DNA from: an uncultured Bacteroidota bacterium
GTDB taxonomy: Bacteria; Bacteroidota; Bacteroidia; Cytophagales; Cyclobacteriaceae
Direction of reading: 5' to 3'
Length of the DNA: 64,000 nt
NCBI GenBank assembly: GCA_963813425.1
Contig: CAWEZB010000017.1
Location: forward strand, 46,750-110,749
Shown: one piece after another, positions 53,794 through 64,000 of the stretch
Position numbering within the stretch: position 1 is the stretch's first letter
Layout: every line of letters starts with the position of its first letter
Position numbers and translations under genes: made by a program
Notes under the pieces: model-generated
Database searches by the model: none
The model's input: only the letters and a program-made list of their open reading frames with translations
What the model was told of the DNA's origin: nothing

Positions 53794-54906
53794 TTGAGAC
53801 GCATTGAAGATTTAATTGAGCGGTATTTTGAAAATAAGATCTCGGAAGAAGAACGTTCTGAGATCTTGAAGTTGCTCCAGGAAGGTAGCATAGAAAAAGC
53901 CGTTAAGGACAAGATCGGACAAACATTATCCGACCGACTAAGCGCTCGCGAATTACCGGATTTTGAAATGAGCGCCAAAGGAGATGAAATATTTCAGTCA
54001 ATTCTGAGAAAGAACGCATCCTTCGATAAGCAAGCCCTTCATATTGACATGCAACGTGGGCATTTAAAGAAATCTAAAAGTAGTCATCGTGTTGTTCTTC
54101 TGTATGCAGCTGCATTTATTATACTGATTGTTGCAGGACTATTCGCGTATCCGTGGCAGACTTCCGAACCCAATAGAATGGTAACGGAAAGGACTGTAGC
54201 GCCGAAACTTATTAAGGTGGTCAATTCAGGAATTACGGCGCAAAAGGTTACGCTTGAAGATGGAAGCACTGTGATCCTTGAGCCTGGAGGCGAATTGCGT
54301 TATAACGAAACATTTTTGAACTCCAGAGAAGTCTATCTTTCCGGTGATGCTTTTTTTGAAGTGACCAAAGATGCTTCTCATCCTTTTCTCGTCTATGCGA
54401 ATGAAATCACCACTAAGGTTCTGGGTACCAGTTTTCGCGTCAAAGCGAATCAAGGAGAGAAGGAAATAGTCGTGGCTGTGAAAACCGGAAAGGTTACCGT
54501 GATGGCAAATGCTATTCGTGATGATGTCCGGACCAAAAATATACAAGAGGTCACGTTAACGCCTAATCAACAGGCTATATACAAACGCAACGAACATGTT
54601 GTGGTCAAGAAAATTGTGGAGGAACCTCAGGTAATTAAAGAACAAGCTACTATTAAAGATAGTTATGTAAATGAGTCGGTTGTGTTGATTCTCAAAGCAC
54701 TGACGGAAAGTTATGGAGTTGATATCCGGTTTGATCAGGAGTCTTTATCAGATTGCACCTTAACGTCCGATGTAATCGAAGGTGAAGGACTCTTTGACCA
54801 ATTGGAAATTGTTTGCAATGCCTTGGGCGGAACCTATAAAATGGAAAACGATGCGTCCATCGTCATTGAAGCTAATGGTTGCCAATCAATAAATGCCAAA
54901 CCTTAA
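53794..54906 (+). CDS. fecR: FecR-family anti-sigma factor
   Basis: TM helix, LEDGSTVIL, LSGDAFFEV and VLGTSFRV. Confidence 0.9.
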   Translation: MRRIEDLIERYFENKISEEERSEILKLLQEGSIEKAVKDKIGQTLSDRLSARELPDFEMSAKGDEIFQSILRKNASFDKQALHIDMQRGHLKKSKSSHRVVLLYAAAFIILIVAGLFAYPWQTSEPNRMVTERTVAPKLIKVVNSGITAQKVTLEDGSTVILEPGGELRYNETFLNSREVYLSGDAFFEVTKDASHPFLVYANEITTKVLGTSFRVKANQGEKEIVVAVKTGKVTVMANAIRDDVRTKNIQEVTLTPNQQAIYKRNEHVVVKKIVEEPQVIKEQATIKDSYVNESVVLILKALTESYGVDIRFDQESLSDCTLTSDVIEGEGLFDQLEIVCNALGGTYKMENDASIVIEANGCQSINAKP

Positions 54907-55053
54907 CCCAACAACGCCTATGAAATAAGACGGATACTATCTATAAAAAAGTACGCCGATAATGGTTGCAACATTACCGGCGTTTTCGGCAGTCTCGCTT
55001 TCGCGAGACCCCATAGTTTTTGCCCTTTTTAGAAAACAAAAACAATTCAATCT

Positions 55054-58000
55054 ATGAATAAACCTAAAGTGAACCAAGAGACACTCTTGTTTCTCATGAG
55101 AATTACATTGTTTCATATTATTCTGACCTCCTTTTCGATAGCATTTGCCAATGCCGTGGATACCATGGGTCAGGAAATATTAAACCGAAAAGTCACCATC
55201 GACATCGAAAGTGAAGAATTTCACAAGGCACTACTACTGATCGGCGAACAGACCAAAGTAAAGTTTGCCTATAGCCCTGAATTAATAGAAGGCCAAAAGA
55301 AAGTAACCCTTCATTTAAAAGAAACCACACTTGCTGAAGTGTTGAACAGCTTGCTAGGCTCTGAAATTAATTATAAGGTTGTTGGAAAGCGGATCGTACT
55401 AAGACCTGTCGCGCAACCAATTTCCGAGGAAACCGGAGAAGTGGCGGCAATTGCTGTCACCGTCATATCGATATCCGGCACGGTAAAAGACCCGAATGGG
55501 ACTCCGATGCCAGGCGTCTCGATTGTGGTGAAGGGTACCAACGTCGGAACGACTACCGACACTGAAGGAAAATACGTCCTTTCTACTCCCGGTGAAAATG
55601 ATATTTTGGTGTTTTCCTTTATCGGTTATGCTACTCAGGAGATTGCTGTAGGTAGCAGATCTGTTATTGACGTAACCTTAGCGGAAGATGCTACCCAATT
55701 AACGGAGGTCGTTGTAACTGCATTGGGTATTCCCCGCGAATCCAAGACACTGGTATATGCTACGCAGCAGGTAAAGCCCGCGCAGTTAACGGAAGTCAGG
55801 GATGCAAACAACGTCCTGAATTCTTTGCAAGGTAAAGTTGCCAATGCGGTTATCACTCAGGCTTCCGGTGGCCCCGGCAGCGGAGCAAGAATAGTGTTGC
55901 GTGGAAATCGTTCAATACAGGGGAGTAATAATGCATTGATCGTGGTCGACGGTGTGCCGATTACCAATGGAACTAACAGTACCATCACCAGCGACTTTGG
56001 AGGTTTGCAGGGAACAGATGGTGCCTCTAACATTAACCCAGATGATATTGAATCTATGACTATCCTACGCGGTGCTTCTGCGGCAGCGCTTTATGGCAGT
56101 CAGGCTGGAAATGGTGTAATTCTTATTACAACTAAAAAAGGATCAAAGGATAAAATTTCTGTAACCATCAATTCTGGTGTTGTTTCAGAAAAGGCGTTTG
56201 TTCTTCCCGATTTCCAAAACACATACGGTCAGGGTAACTCAGGCGTGCTCAATGGAAATTCAGGCGAAAGCTGGGGCGCTAAAATGGACGGTCAGTCGTT
56301 TACCGCCTATAACGGTGAACAACGTTCATATTCTGCACAATCCGATAACGTTAAAGACTTTTTCAGGACAGGAGTAAGCTGGAACAACTCGATCGGTGTA
56401 TCAGGAGGCTCGGATAAAATGCAAACCTATTTGTCATATACCAACAACAACGTTAAGGGTATCCTGCCAAGAAATAGCCTGAACCGTAACACTTTCAACT
56501 TGAGGTTGTCTAACCAGATTAGCAGCAAATTTTCAACCGACGCTAAGATCACATACATCAATCAAAAGATCGATAGCAAATATGAAACCGGTGAATCTGC
56601 GCTTAGCCCTCCAACGTCTATCTACCAGATCCCACGTAACGTTAGTCTCGACGATGCAAAAACATTTCGAAACGATCAATCAGTGTAGGTTCGATAGTCC
56701 CTCTGGCGTACCCCGTTATCAACCCAGCCCTATATCAAAACCCATATTGGATTGTAAATCGCACCGAGACGAATGAAACTCGTGATCGCGTGATGGGGTT
56801 CGTTCAGTTGAAATACAATCTTACGGATTGGTTACATGTAAGTGGTCGTGCCAACCTTGATAAGATTATGGATGATCAGGAAAGAATTTTTTACGACAAA
56901 ACAATTGGTCTTTCAGCGCCGGGTGGGGCCTTCCGTACCACCAAAATCGATGTAACACAAACGTGGTTTGACTTAATCTTGGAGGGGAATAATAATATCA
57001 CGGAAGACCTTAAGATTGATTATCGTATAGGAGGAATTTTGCAGGACAATAAGTATGCAAGGGTTAATAATAATGCCAATGGTCTGAACGTGACTAACGT
57101 TTTTAGCTTAAATTTTGCGACCAATCCAAACTATGACCAGGAGGCAACTGAGGTTCAGACGCAGTCTGTATATGGACAGATAAACCTGGCATTTAAAGAA
57201 TCACTTTTTCTTGATGCAAGCTTGCGGACAGAGTGGGATTCCCGACTCCCGTCCCCGTATAATTTTAGCTATCCTTCAGTAGGTCTTTCCGGGATTATTT
57301 CTGATATGGTTAACATGCCCGACGGCGATTTCTTTCTTAAAACTGAGCGGTAACTACGCTGAAGTTGGTAATGGTGGTAGACCTCAGCTTAGGTTCAACA
57401 CTTATACTTATGCCCAAGGCGCCGGACATGGATTTATTTTCAGAGATCCGACAAAAGCCATTCCGGATCTAAAACCAGAAATCGTTAAGAACCTGGAATT
57501 TGGCATCGACGCAAAGTTCATGGAAAACCGTTTGGGATTTCAGTTTACAGTGTATAAGAGCAATTCAATTAACCAATTGTTAAAGGTTAATCTGCCCGTT
57601 GGCACTGGATACTCCAGTCAATACATCAATGCCGGTGATATTCAAAACAAGGGTCTTGAGTTAGTATTGAACGCAACACCAATAAAATCTGATTTTATCT
57701 GGGACATTTCATTCAACCTTGGTATGAACAGAAATAAAGTTGTCGAATTAACGGAGACCGTGAAACAATTTCTGGTGGTGGATTCAGGCTTTGGTAGGTC
57801 TGCAACTCCCGTGATCAAGGAAGGTCAGAGCTTCGGTGACATGTTGGGTTTCTTCTGGATGAATACTGCGGATGTTTATGACGACGATGGTAAATTTGTA
57901 AGCCACTCTTCCAATGGAACACCTTTGGTCACTCCAACCGGTACTCCCCTGTCGTCTATTACTACCGGCACCCAGGCTGTTATAGGTAATTTCAATCCCA

Positions 58001-58548
58001 AAGCAACGATGGGTTTGACCAACATGTTTACCTATAAAGATTTTTCTGTTCGCCTTTTAATTGACGGGCGGATCGGTGGTACTATTATGGATGGCACTGA
58101 GCAATTGCTGGCCTATAACGGTGCCCCTGGTGTAACCGCTAATTTCCGTGAAGGAGGTTGGAACTTGGGTGGAGTAGACAAGGAAGGGAATCCAGTTAAT
58201 GAGACGATAAATTCTCAGGCGTTCTGGACGACCGCATCCGGTGGACGTTATGGTTCTGCAGAGTTCTTCACCTATGACGCAACAAATTTCAGAGTTCGTG
58301 AACTTTCCCTGGGATACACATTTCCAATGAGTTCATTTGTACTCAAGTCTGCAAGACTTTCTCTTGTTGCCCGCAACTTGTTCTTCCTTTACAGAGGAAG
58401 TTCCGAACTGTCTATCCCGGGGCTTGGAAGACGTAAGATGTCTTTTGATCCAGACATGTCGTTGGGTAATGGTAACTGGCAAGGTATCTCTTATGGTACG
58501 TTACCATCAACCAGAAGCATCGGTGTTAACCTGCAGCTTACATTTTAA
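55054..58548 (+). CDS. susC: SusC/RagA TonB-dependent transporter, frameshifted
   Basis: EVVVTALGI, LRGASAAALYGSQAGNGVILITTKKG and C-terminal PSTRSIGVNLQLTF. Confidence 0.9.
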
Positions 58549-58566
58549 AAAAAAATCGAACAGTAT

Positions 58567-60143
58567 ATGAAAAAATATATATTCATTCTAAAAAAATTCG
58601 GCAGTGTTGCACTTTTGTGTAGCATCGTTTTGGCCATGTCGTGTACCGATGATTATGACGAAATCAACACCAATACGAATAAGATTTCGGTGTTAGGACC
58701 TTCCCAGATACCGTTTCTTTTTTCAAAGGCCCAGTCCACGGCAACAAATAATGGTTGGAACTATCAGATAGCACAAAATCTTTTTCACGACCAATATTGC
58801 CAGTACTTTGCCAATACAACGACGTATTTTCCTTCCGACCGCCTGGTGATCCGAATGGATTGGATACGTGCAGCATGGAATCCCATTTATACCGAAGTCG
58901 TTCCACAATTGCTGACAATTTTAGCTGAAACGGAGGTTGAATCTGCTGAACATGCGGTTGCTAATGTTTGGTGGGTTTACACATTTCACCGTTTGACTGA
59001 CACATGGGGCCCAGTTCCCTATAAGAGTGCTGGTATTGCTGCGCTTGGTGTTCCGTATGATGCTCAGGATGTGATCTATGATGACATGTTTCTAAGGCTG
59101 GATAGCGCTATCAGTACGTTGGATAAATTTCCAGGAGGCAATGCGTTTTCGGATTTTGATCTGATCTATGCTGGTGACCTTGACAAATGGAAAAAATTTG
59201 CAAATACCCTTCGCTTGCGTTTGGCGGTAAGAATATCCAACGTGGAGCCTGCACGGGCTAAAACAGAAGGAGAAAAAGCTGCCGCGTCCGGCACGCTTAC
59301 GACCAGTCCTGGTGATGATGCCCTCATAATAAGAACCAAAAAAGGCGATGATTTTAATGGTTTGGCTATTATGGATTGGAACGAATTCAGGATGAGCGCA
59401 GTCGATGGAGTCTGTTTTAAAAGGATATGCAGACCCACGCATGCCCATCTATTTTCTTCCTTCTAAAACGACTGGTGATTATGAAGGCTTACGGAATGGC
59501 CTTACATCAGCAGATATGGCAGCTCCTCTTAATAAGGCGGATGCCAATTCGCACCATGGTGATCGTTGGAATTCAAGTCACGGGTCTGGAGACGTCGTCA
59601 AATGTGATGGCAACTGCGGAAGCAGACTTTCTGAAAGCAGAAGGTGCTTTGTTAGGTTGGAACATGGGTGGTGGAACGGCAAAATCTCATTATGAAAAGG
59701 GTATCCGGAATTCAATGCTTCAATGGGGTATTACAAGTGATGCTGTAATTAATGCCTATATCAGCAGCACAAAAACTCCTGTTGCACCTGGCGATTTTCT
59801 CAATTCGCCGCCGCTAACGGATGTGCCAGTTGTTTTTGGCGCATCACCGGATGTACAGAAAGAACAGATCACACTACAAAAATGGTTAGCACTATATCCG
59901 GAAGGCGTGGAGGCCTGGGCAGACATCAGACGCAGCGGAGCGCTTAAACTTTATCCAGTTGCAAACTCTGACAACCCGGATCTGCCTTCTACACCAGCCA
60001 GTCCAGCTACGAATTGGATCCGGAGGATTCCTTTCATCAATGATGAGAAAGTATCCAATGAAGCGGCGGTTCGAGTAGCTGAAGAAACGTTGCTTAACGG
60101 ACCGGATAATATAACAACTCCGCTCTGGTGGGATACGCATTGA
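58567..60143 (+). CDS. susD: SusD/RagB lipoprotein (SusD-like_2 type), frameshifted
   Basis: Lipoprotein MSC, TDTWGPVPY, KWKKFANTLRLRLAVRIS, QKWLALYP and LWWD. Confidence 0.88.
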
Positions 60144-60182
60144 TAGACGTTGTAAGAGAAGAAATTCATTTAGATAAACAAC

Positions 60183-60265
60183 AGGGTCGGATTTAAGTGC
60201 GAAGGACGAGTTTACGAGGTGCGTACCTTGTATTTCGTACCTCGTACTTAAATCTGACCCTTTTG
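60183..60265 (+). terminator. Long hairpin after the second susD
   Basis: AGGGTCGGATTTAAGTGCGA pairs with TCGTACTTAAATCTGACCCT, followed by TTTG. Confidence 0.55.
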
Positions 60266-60355
60266 TTATGCTAACGGTTTCCAGTGCTAGAATATTTCGA
60301 ACAATTGATTTAGATTATCTTTTACTTAAGATTGGATACTGCCTTTCCTGAATTT

Positions 60356-63300
60356 ATGCTTAGAATAATTTGCGTTATCCTTGCTCCATTCATTGTTTTC
60401 AGTTGTTCAAAAAAAACTGAACAAAAGCTTTTTGAAGAGCAACCTGCGGAAACCACGGGTATTGATTTCGAAAACAAAGTAATTCAGGATCAGGAAAATC
60501 ATGTTTTGAATTATCCCTATTATTTCAACGGTGGCGGTGTTGCCGTGGGCGATATTAATAATGATGGTTTAGAGGATGTATATTTTTCGGGAAATAGTGT
60601 ACCCAACCGACTCTATCTAAATAAAGGAGATTTTCAATTTGAAGATATTACGGAGAAGGCAGGGGTCACGGCGGCAGGAGGCTGGAAGACTGGTGTGCTA
60701 ATGGCTGATGTAAACCAGGATGGATGGTTGGACATCTATGTGTGCCGGTCTGCAATGGCCGATTCAGTGCTACGGAAAAATCTTCTCTTCATAAATAATG
60801 GTAATCTGACTTTTACAGAAAAAGCGGATGAGTTTGGCGTTGCAGATAATTCGTATTCAACCCATGCTGCTTTCTTTGACTACGACAAAGATGGAGATCT
60901 CGATCTTTTTGTATTGAATCATTCATTGCCGAAGTATGCCGGATTCAACAATATGCTGGTGAATTTTAAAAAGCAAAAAGGATCTAAATTTCAAAGTAAG
61001 CTTTATCAAAATAATCAAGGCAAGTTCAGCGATGTTTCTGAAAAGGCAGGCATCATTAATAATCTTTTGAGCTTTGGTTTAGGATTGGCCGTCTCCGATA
61101 TTAACGACGATGGATGGCCCGATGTATATGTATCCAACGACTTTAACGAGGAAGATTATCTCTATATAAATAATCAGGACGGAACGTTTAAGAATGTGAT
61201 ACGCGAAGCCACAGGGCATGTCTCGCTTTTTTCTATGGGTTCTGATATAGCCGATGTAAATAACGATGCACTGCCAGATATTTTTACGCTCGACATGCTT
61301 CCTGAAAGTAATGAACGCATTAAACTTTCGTCTGGAGATGATAATTATGATAAATACAGGATACTCATCAATTCTGGGTTTCATCACCAATCGATGCGTA
61401 ACATGTTACAGCTAAATAACGGAGACGGTACATTTTCCGAGATCGGCCAGCTGATGGGAATTTCAAACACAGATTGGAGTTGGTCTTCATTGTTTGCCGA
61501 TTTTGACGGCGATGGTTGGAAAGATCTTTTTATCAGCAATGGATATGAAAAGGATTATACCAACATGCAATTTCTGAAGTATACGGTTGATGAGAGGCTC
61601 AAATCCCGTCAGACGGGTATTCAACCGGATGTAAACCAAATAATTGGTCAAATGCCTTCAATTCAGGTCGGCAATTTTCTTTTTAAGAATAATGGTGACC
61701 TGACGTTTACAAAAAAATCAGAAGAGTGGGGCATCTCCAGATTGTTCAAATCGAATGGCGCAGCTTATGCTGACCTGGATAATGACGGAGACCTGGATCT
61801 GCTAATCAATACCATGAATGAAAAATCTGTTCTTTATAGAAATACAGCCAGCGAAAATAGGAATGCTAATTTTTTGAAAGTTGATCTTCGAAAATCCAAT
61901 CCTAGAAAGATAATTGAAGGGACAAAGGTAATCGTATATGACTCAGGTGACGTTCAATATCAACAGTTTTCTTCGGTCAGAGGATTTCAATCATCCATGT
62001 ATGTGCCATTGACATTTGGTTTATCAAATCAAAGCGCAGTTGACTCGATTCGAATTGTTTGGCCTGATAACAAGACGGAGTTAATGAAGAATGTTTCTGC
62101 AAAGAATACGATAACGCCACGATATGAAGACGCAGAAACAATTTACGCTTACCCTACCGTTGTAAAGCCACTGTTTGAGGAGACTAATGTATTGGAATGG
62201 AAGCATGACGCGGTTGATACCAATGATTTCAAACGACAATTGTTACTTCCCAAGATGTACTCTTACTCCGGCCCGAAAATGGCAAAGGGCGACGTGAACG
62301 GTGATGATCTCGAAGACATTTACATATGTGGTGCGAGACATCAACCCGGTGCATTGTTTTTGCAAGGACAAGGTGGGTCATTTAAAGCTAAAAGGAACTC
62401 AGCATTTGAAAAAGATAAAGATTTTCAAGATGAAGACGCTATCTTTTTTGATGCCGATCAGGATGGCGATTTGGACTTATATGTAGTAAGTGGTGGATAC
62501 CTCTTTACTGAAAAAGATCCCTTGCTTCAGGACCGTTTATATCTGAACGATGGCCGGTCAAATTTCACACGCTCAACTTCCAGCCTACCGGAAGAAAAAC
62601 TTGCAGGCTCTTGTGTGGTTCCCCTTGATGTTGATAATGATAACGACTTTGACTTATTTATTGGAACGCGGCTGACACCTGGAAGCTATCCAATAGCGCC
62701 GCAGAGTATTGTGTTAATAAATGATGGAAAGGGAAATTTTACGGATAAGACAACGCAACATTTCCCATCGCCAAATTTGGGGATGGTTTGTGATGCAGTT
62801 GCAACCGATGTTAATAAAGATGGAACGCAAGATTTAATTGTAGCAGGTGAATGGACGCCAATTAAAATATTTATCAATACGAACAAGCAGCTGGTGGATG
62901 CGTCGGACAAATGGATTTCAACATCCACCAAAGGATGGTGGAATTGTATAGTTGCAGAAGATTTTGATAAGGATGGAGATGTAGACTTTATGGCGGGAAA
63001 TTATGGGTTGAACAATCAGTTTCGAGTGTCGTCCACTCATCCGGCTACTTTAGTGTATAAGGATTTTAACATGGATGGTCAAGTTGATCCATTCTTTTGT
63101 TACTATATCGGCGAACAATCTTTTCCCTATGCCAGCCGCGATGAAGCTTTAGGTCAGGTGGCTTTTCTCAAGCCGAGATTTACAGACTACACTCAATATT
63201 CGAACGCGACGATGGAAACAATTTTCAAAAAGGAGGAATTGCAGAATGCTACAAAACTTGAAGCGGAGGTGTTGAGTACGATGTATTTTGAAAATCTGGG

Positions 63301-63622
63301 AAGTAGTTTCAAGATGAAAGATCTTCCGGTTGAAGTGCAATTCTCGCCTATATACGCCTTTGCTTCTGTGGACGTTGACAAAGACGGCGATCACGACGTG
63401 GTTATGGGAGGGAATGAATCTAAGGCGAGGGTTCGGGTGGGGAACTCAGATGCCAACAGAGGATTGGTTTTGCTTAACGATGGTGCTGGAAATTTTTCCT
63501 ACTTGCCTCAACCGCGCTCGGGATTGAACGTTGTTGGTGACGTGAGAAGTATTATTCCAATCGGCGACCAAATTATTTTTGGCATCAACGACGCTGAAGT
63601 CAAGACCCTCAAACTACGCTGA
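60356..63622 (+). CDS. VCBS/FG-GAP repeat lipoprotein with ASPIC/UnbV domain (CRTAC1-like)
   Basis: FSC lipobox, many DxNxDGxxD repeats, and RGFQSS...FGL...VDSIRIVWP. Confidence 0.88.
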   Translation: MLRIICVILAPFIVFSCSKKTEQKLFEEQPAETTGIDFENKVIQDQENHVLNYPYYFNGGGVAVGDINNDGLEDVYFSGNSVPNRLYLNKGDFQFEDITEKAGVTAAGGWKTGVLMADVNQDGWLDIYVCRSAMADSVLRKNLLFINNGNLTFTEKADEFGVADNSYSTHAAFFDYDKDGDLDLFVLNHSLPKYAGFNNMLVNFKKQKGSKFQSKLYQNNQGKFSDVSEKAGIINNLLSFGLGLAVSDINDDGWPDVYVSNDFNEEDYLYINNQDGTFKNVIREATGHVSLFSMGSDIADVNNDALPDIFTLDMLPESNERIKLSSGDDNYDKYRILINSGFHHQSMRNMLQLNNGDGTFSEIGQLMGISNTDWSWSSLFADFDGDGWKDLFISNGYEKDYTNMQFLKYTVDERLKSRQTGIQPDVNQIIGQMPSIQVGNFLFKNNGDLTFTKKSEEWGISRLFKSNGAAYADLDNDGDLDLLINTMNEKSVLYRNTASENRNANFLKVDLRKSNPRKIIEGTKVIVYDSGDVQYQQFSSVRGFQSSMYVPLTFGLSNQSAVDSIRIVWPDNKTELMKNVSAKNTITPRYEDAETIYAYPTVVKPLFEETNVLEWKHDAVDTNDFKRQLLLPKMYSYSGPKMAKGDVNGDDLEDIYICGARHQPGALFLQGQGGSFKAKRNSAFEKDKDFQDEDAIFFDADQDGDLDLYVVSGGYLFTEKDPLLQDRLYLNDGRSNFTRSTSSLPEEKLAGSCVVPLDVDNDNDFDLFIGTRLTPGSYPIAPQSIVLINDGKGNFTDKTTQHFPSPNLGMVCDAVATDVNKDGTQDLIVAGEWTPIKIFINTNKQLVDASDKWISTSTKGWWNCIVAEDFDKDGDVDFMAGNYGLNNQFRVSSTHPATLVYKDFNMDGQVDPFFCYYIGEQSFPYASRDEALGQVAFLKPRFTDYTQYSNATMETIFKKEELQNATKLEAEVLSTMYFENLGSSFKMKDLPVEVQFSPIYAFASVDVDKDGDHDVVMGGNESKARVRVGNSDANRGLVLLNDGAGNFSYLPQPRSGLNVVGDVRSIIPIGDQIIFGINDAEVKTLKLR

Positions 63623-63676
63623 ATTGAGTAGAAACTTTTTTCCCGACGACCTCACGCTAAAAATTGCAGAGCACCG

Positions 63677-64000
63677 CTATTGTTTTCTATCACGGCGTTC
63701 CTTTATGCAGAAGATGGCGTTCTCACGAATATAATCTTCTTCTGACTTACGATTCCAAGGCTCTTTAATATATAGTTGAAGGAGGTTTCCGTAGTTACTT
63801 TTAAAGGCACGAAATCCACCATTGGAATCGTCGAATACCTTGAAGTTTAGTCCTTGAAGGGATTTAACTGTTTTCTTATCGGTAACTTTCGTAATAAGCG
63901 TCAAGTCTTGGTTTTGTTGCAGGAAACGATTAATAAATGCAACTGTTCCAAAATGACCGCTACTGGCGACGCCTCTAAACGCATAAATGTTCTGCATGAC
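63677..64000 (-). CDS. C-terminal part of a hypothetical protein entering from beyond the window end
   Basis: Open frame of at least 106 aa at the window edge; no motif recognised. Confidence 0.4.
   Translation of the reverse strand, partial: VMQNIYAFRGVASSGHFGTVAFINRFLQQNQDLTLITKVTDKKTVKSLQGLNFKVFDDSNGGFRAFKSNYGNLLQLYIKEPWNRKSEEDYIRENAIFCIKERRDRKQ

Overview
This window is a Bacteroidota chromosome segment, probably Cytophagales-like, judged from SusC/SusD pairs, ECF-FecR regulators, a T9SS C-terminal domain and a TAnnTTTG promoter. Many genes are split by 1-2 nt indels, most likely sequencing or assembly errors, so several CDS calls join ORF-track fragments. From left to right it contains: an ABC transporter, a START protein, an RpoD-like sigma factor plus cold-shock gene, a B12-radical SAM enzyme, a MITE-like element with perfect 19-bp inverted repeats, a vanadium haloperoxidase with a TPR kinase/LytTR pair, NfeD/stomatin, a GH43/GH5 polysaccharide utilization locus (PUL), and mtnA plus a class II aldolase. 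After these comes a large sugar-oxidation cluster (GMC and PQQ dehydrogenases, two exported SelA/DgaE-like PLP enzymes, two exported EF0837-like amidohydrolases), followed by a second SusC/SusD with a VCBS-repeat protein. The most striking structure is at 46790-48212: a solo IS200-like HUH transposase inside an array of about nine full or partial triple-hairpin units. These units show compensatory stem changes and form two ~295-bp direct-repeat blocks. No rRNA, tRNA or CRISPR array was seen. All family assignments come from motif recognition, not database searches.
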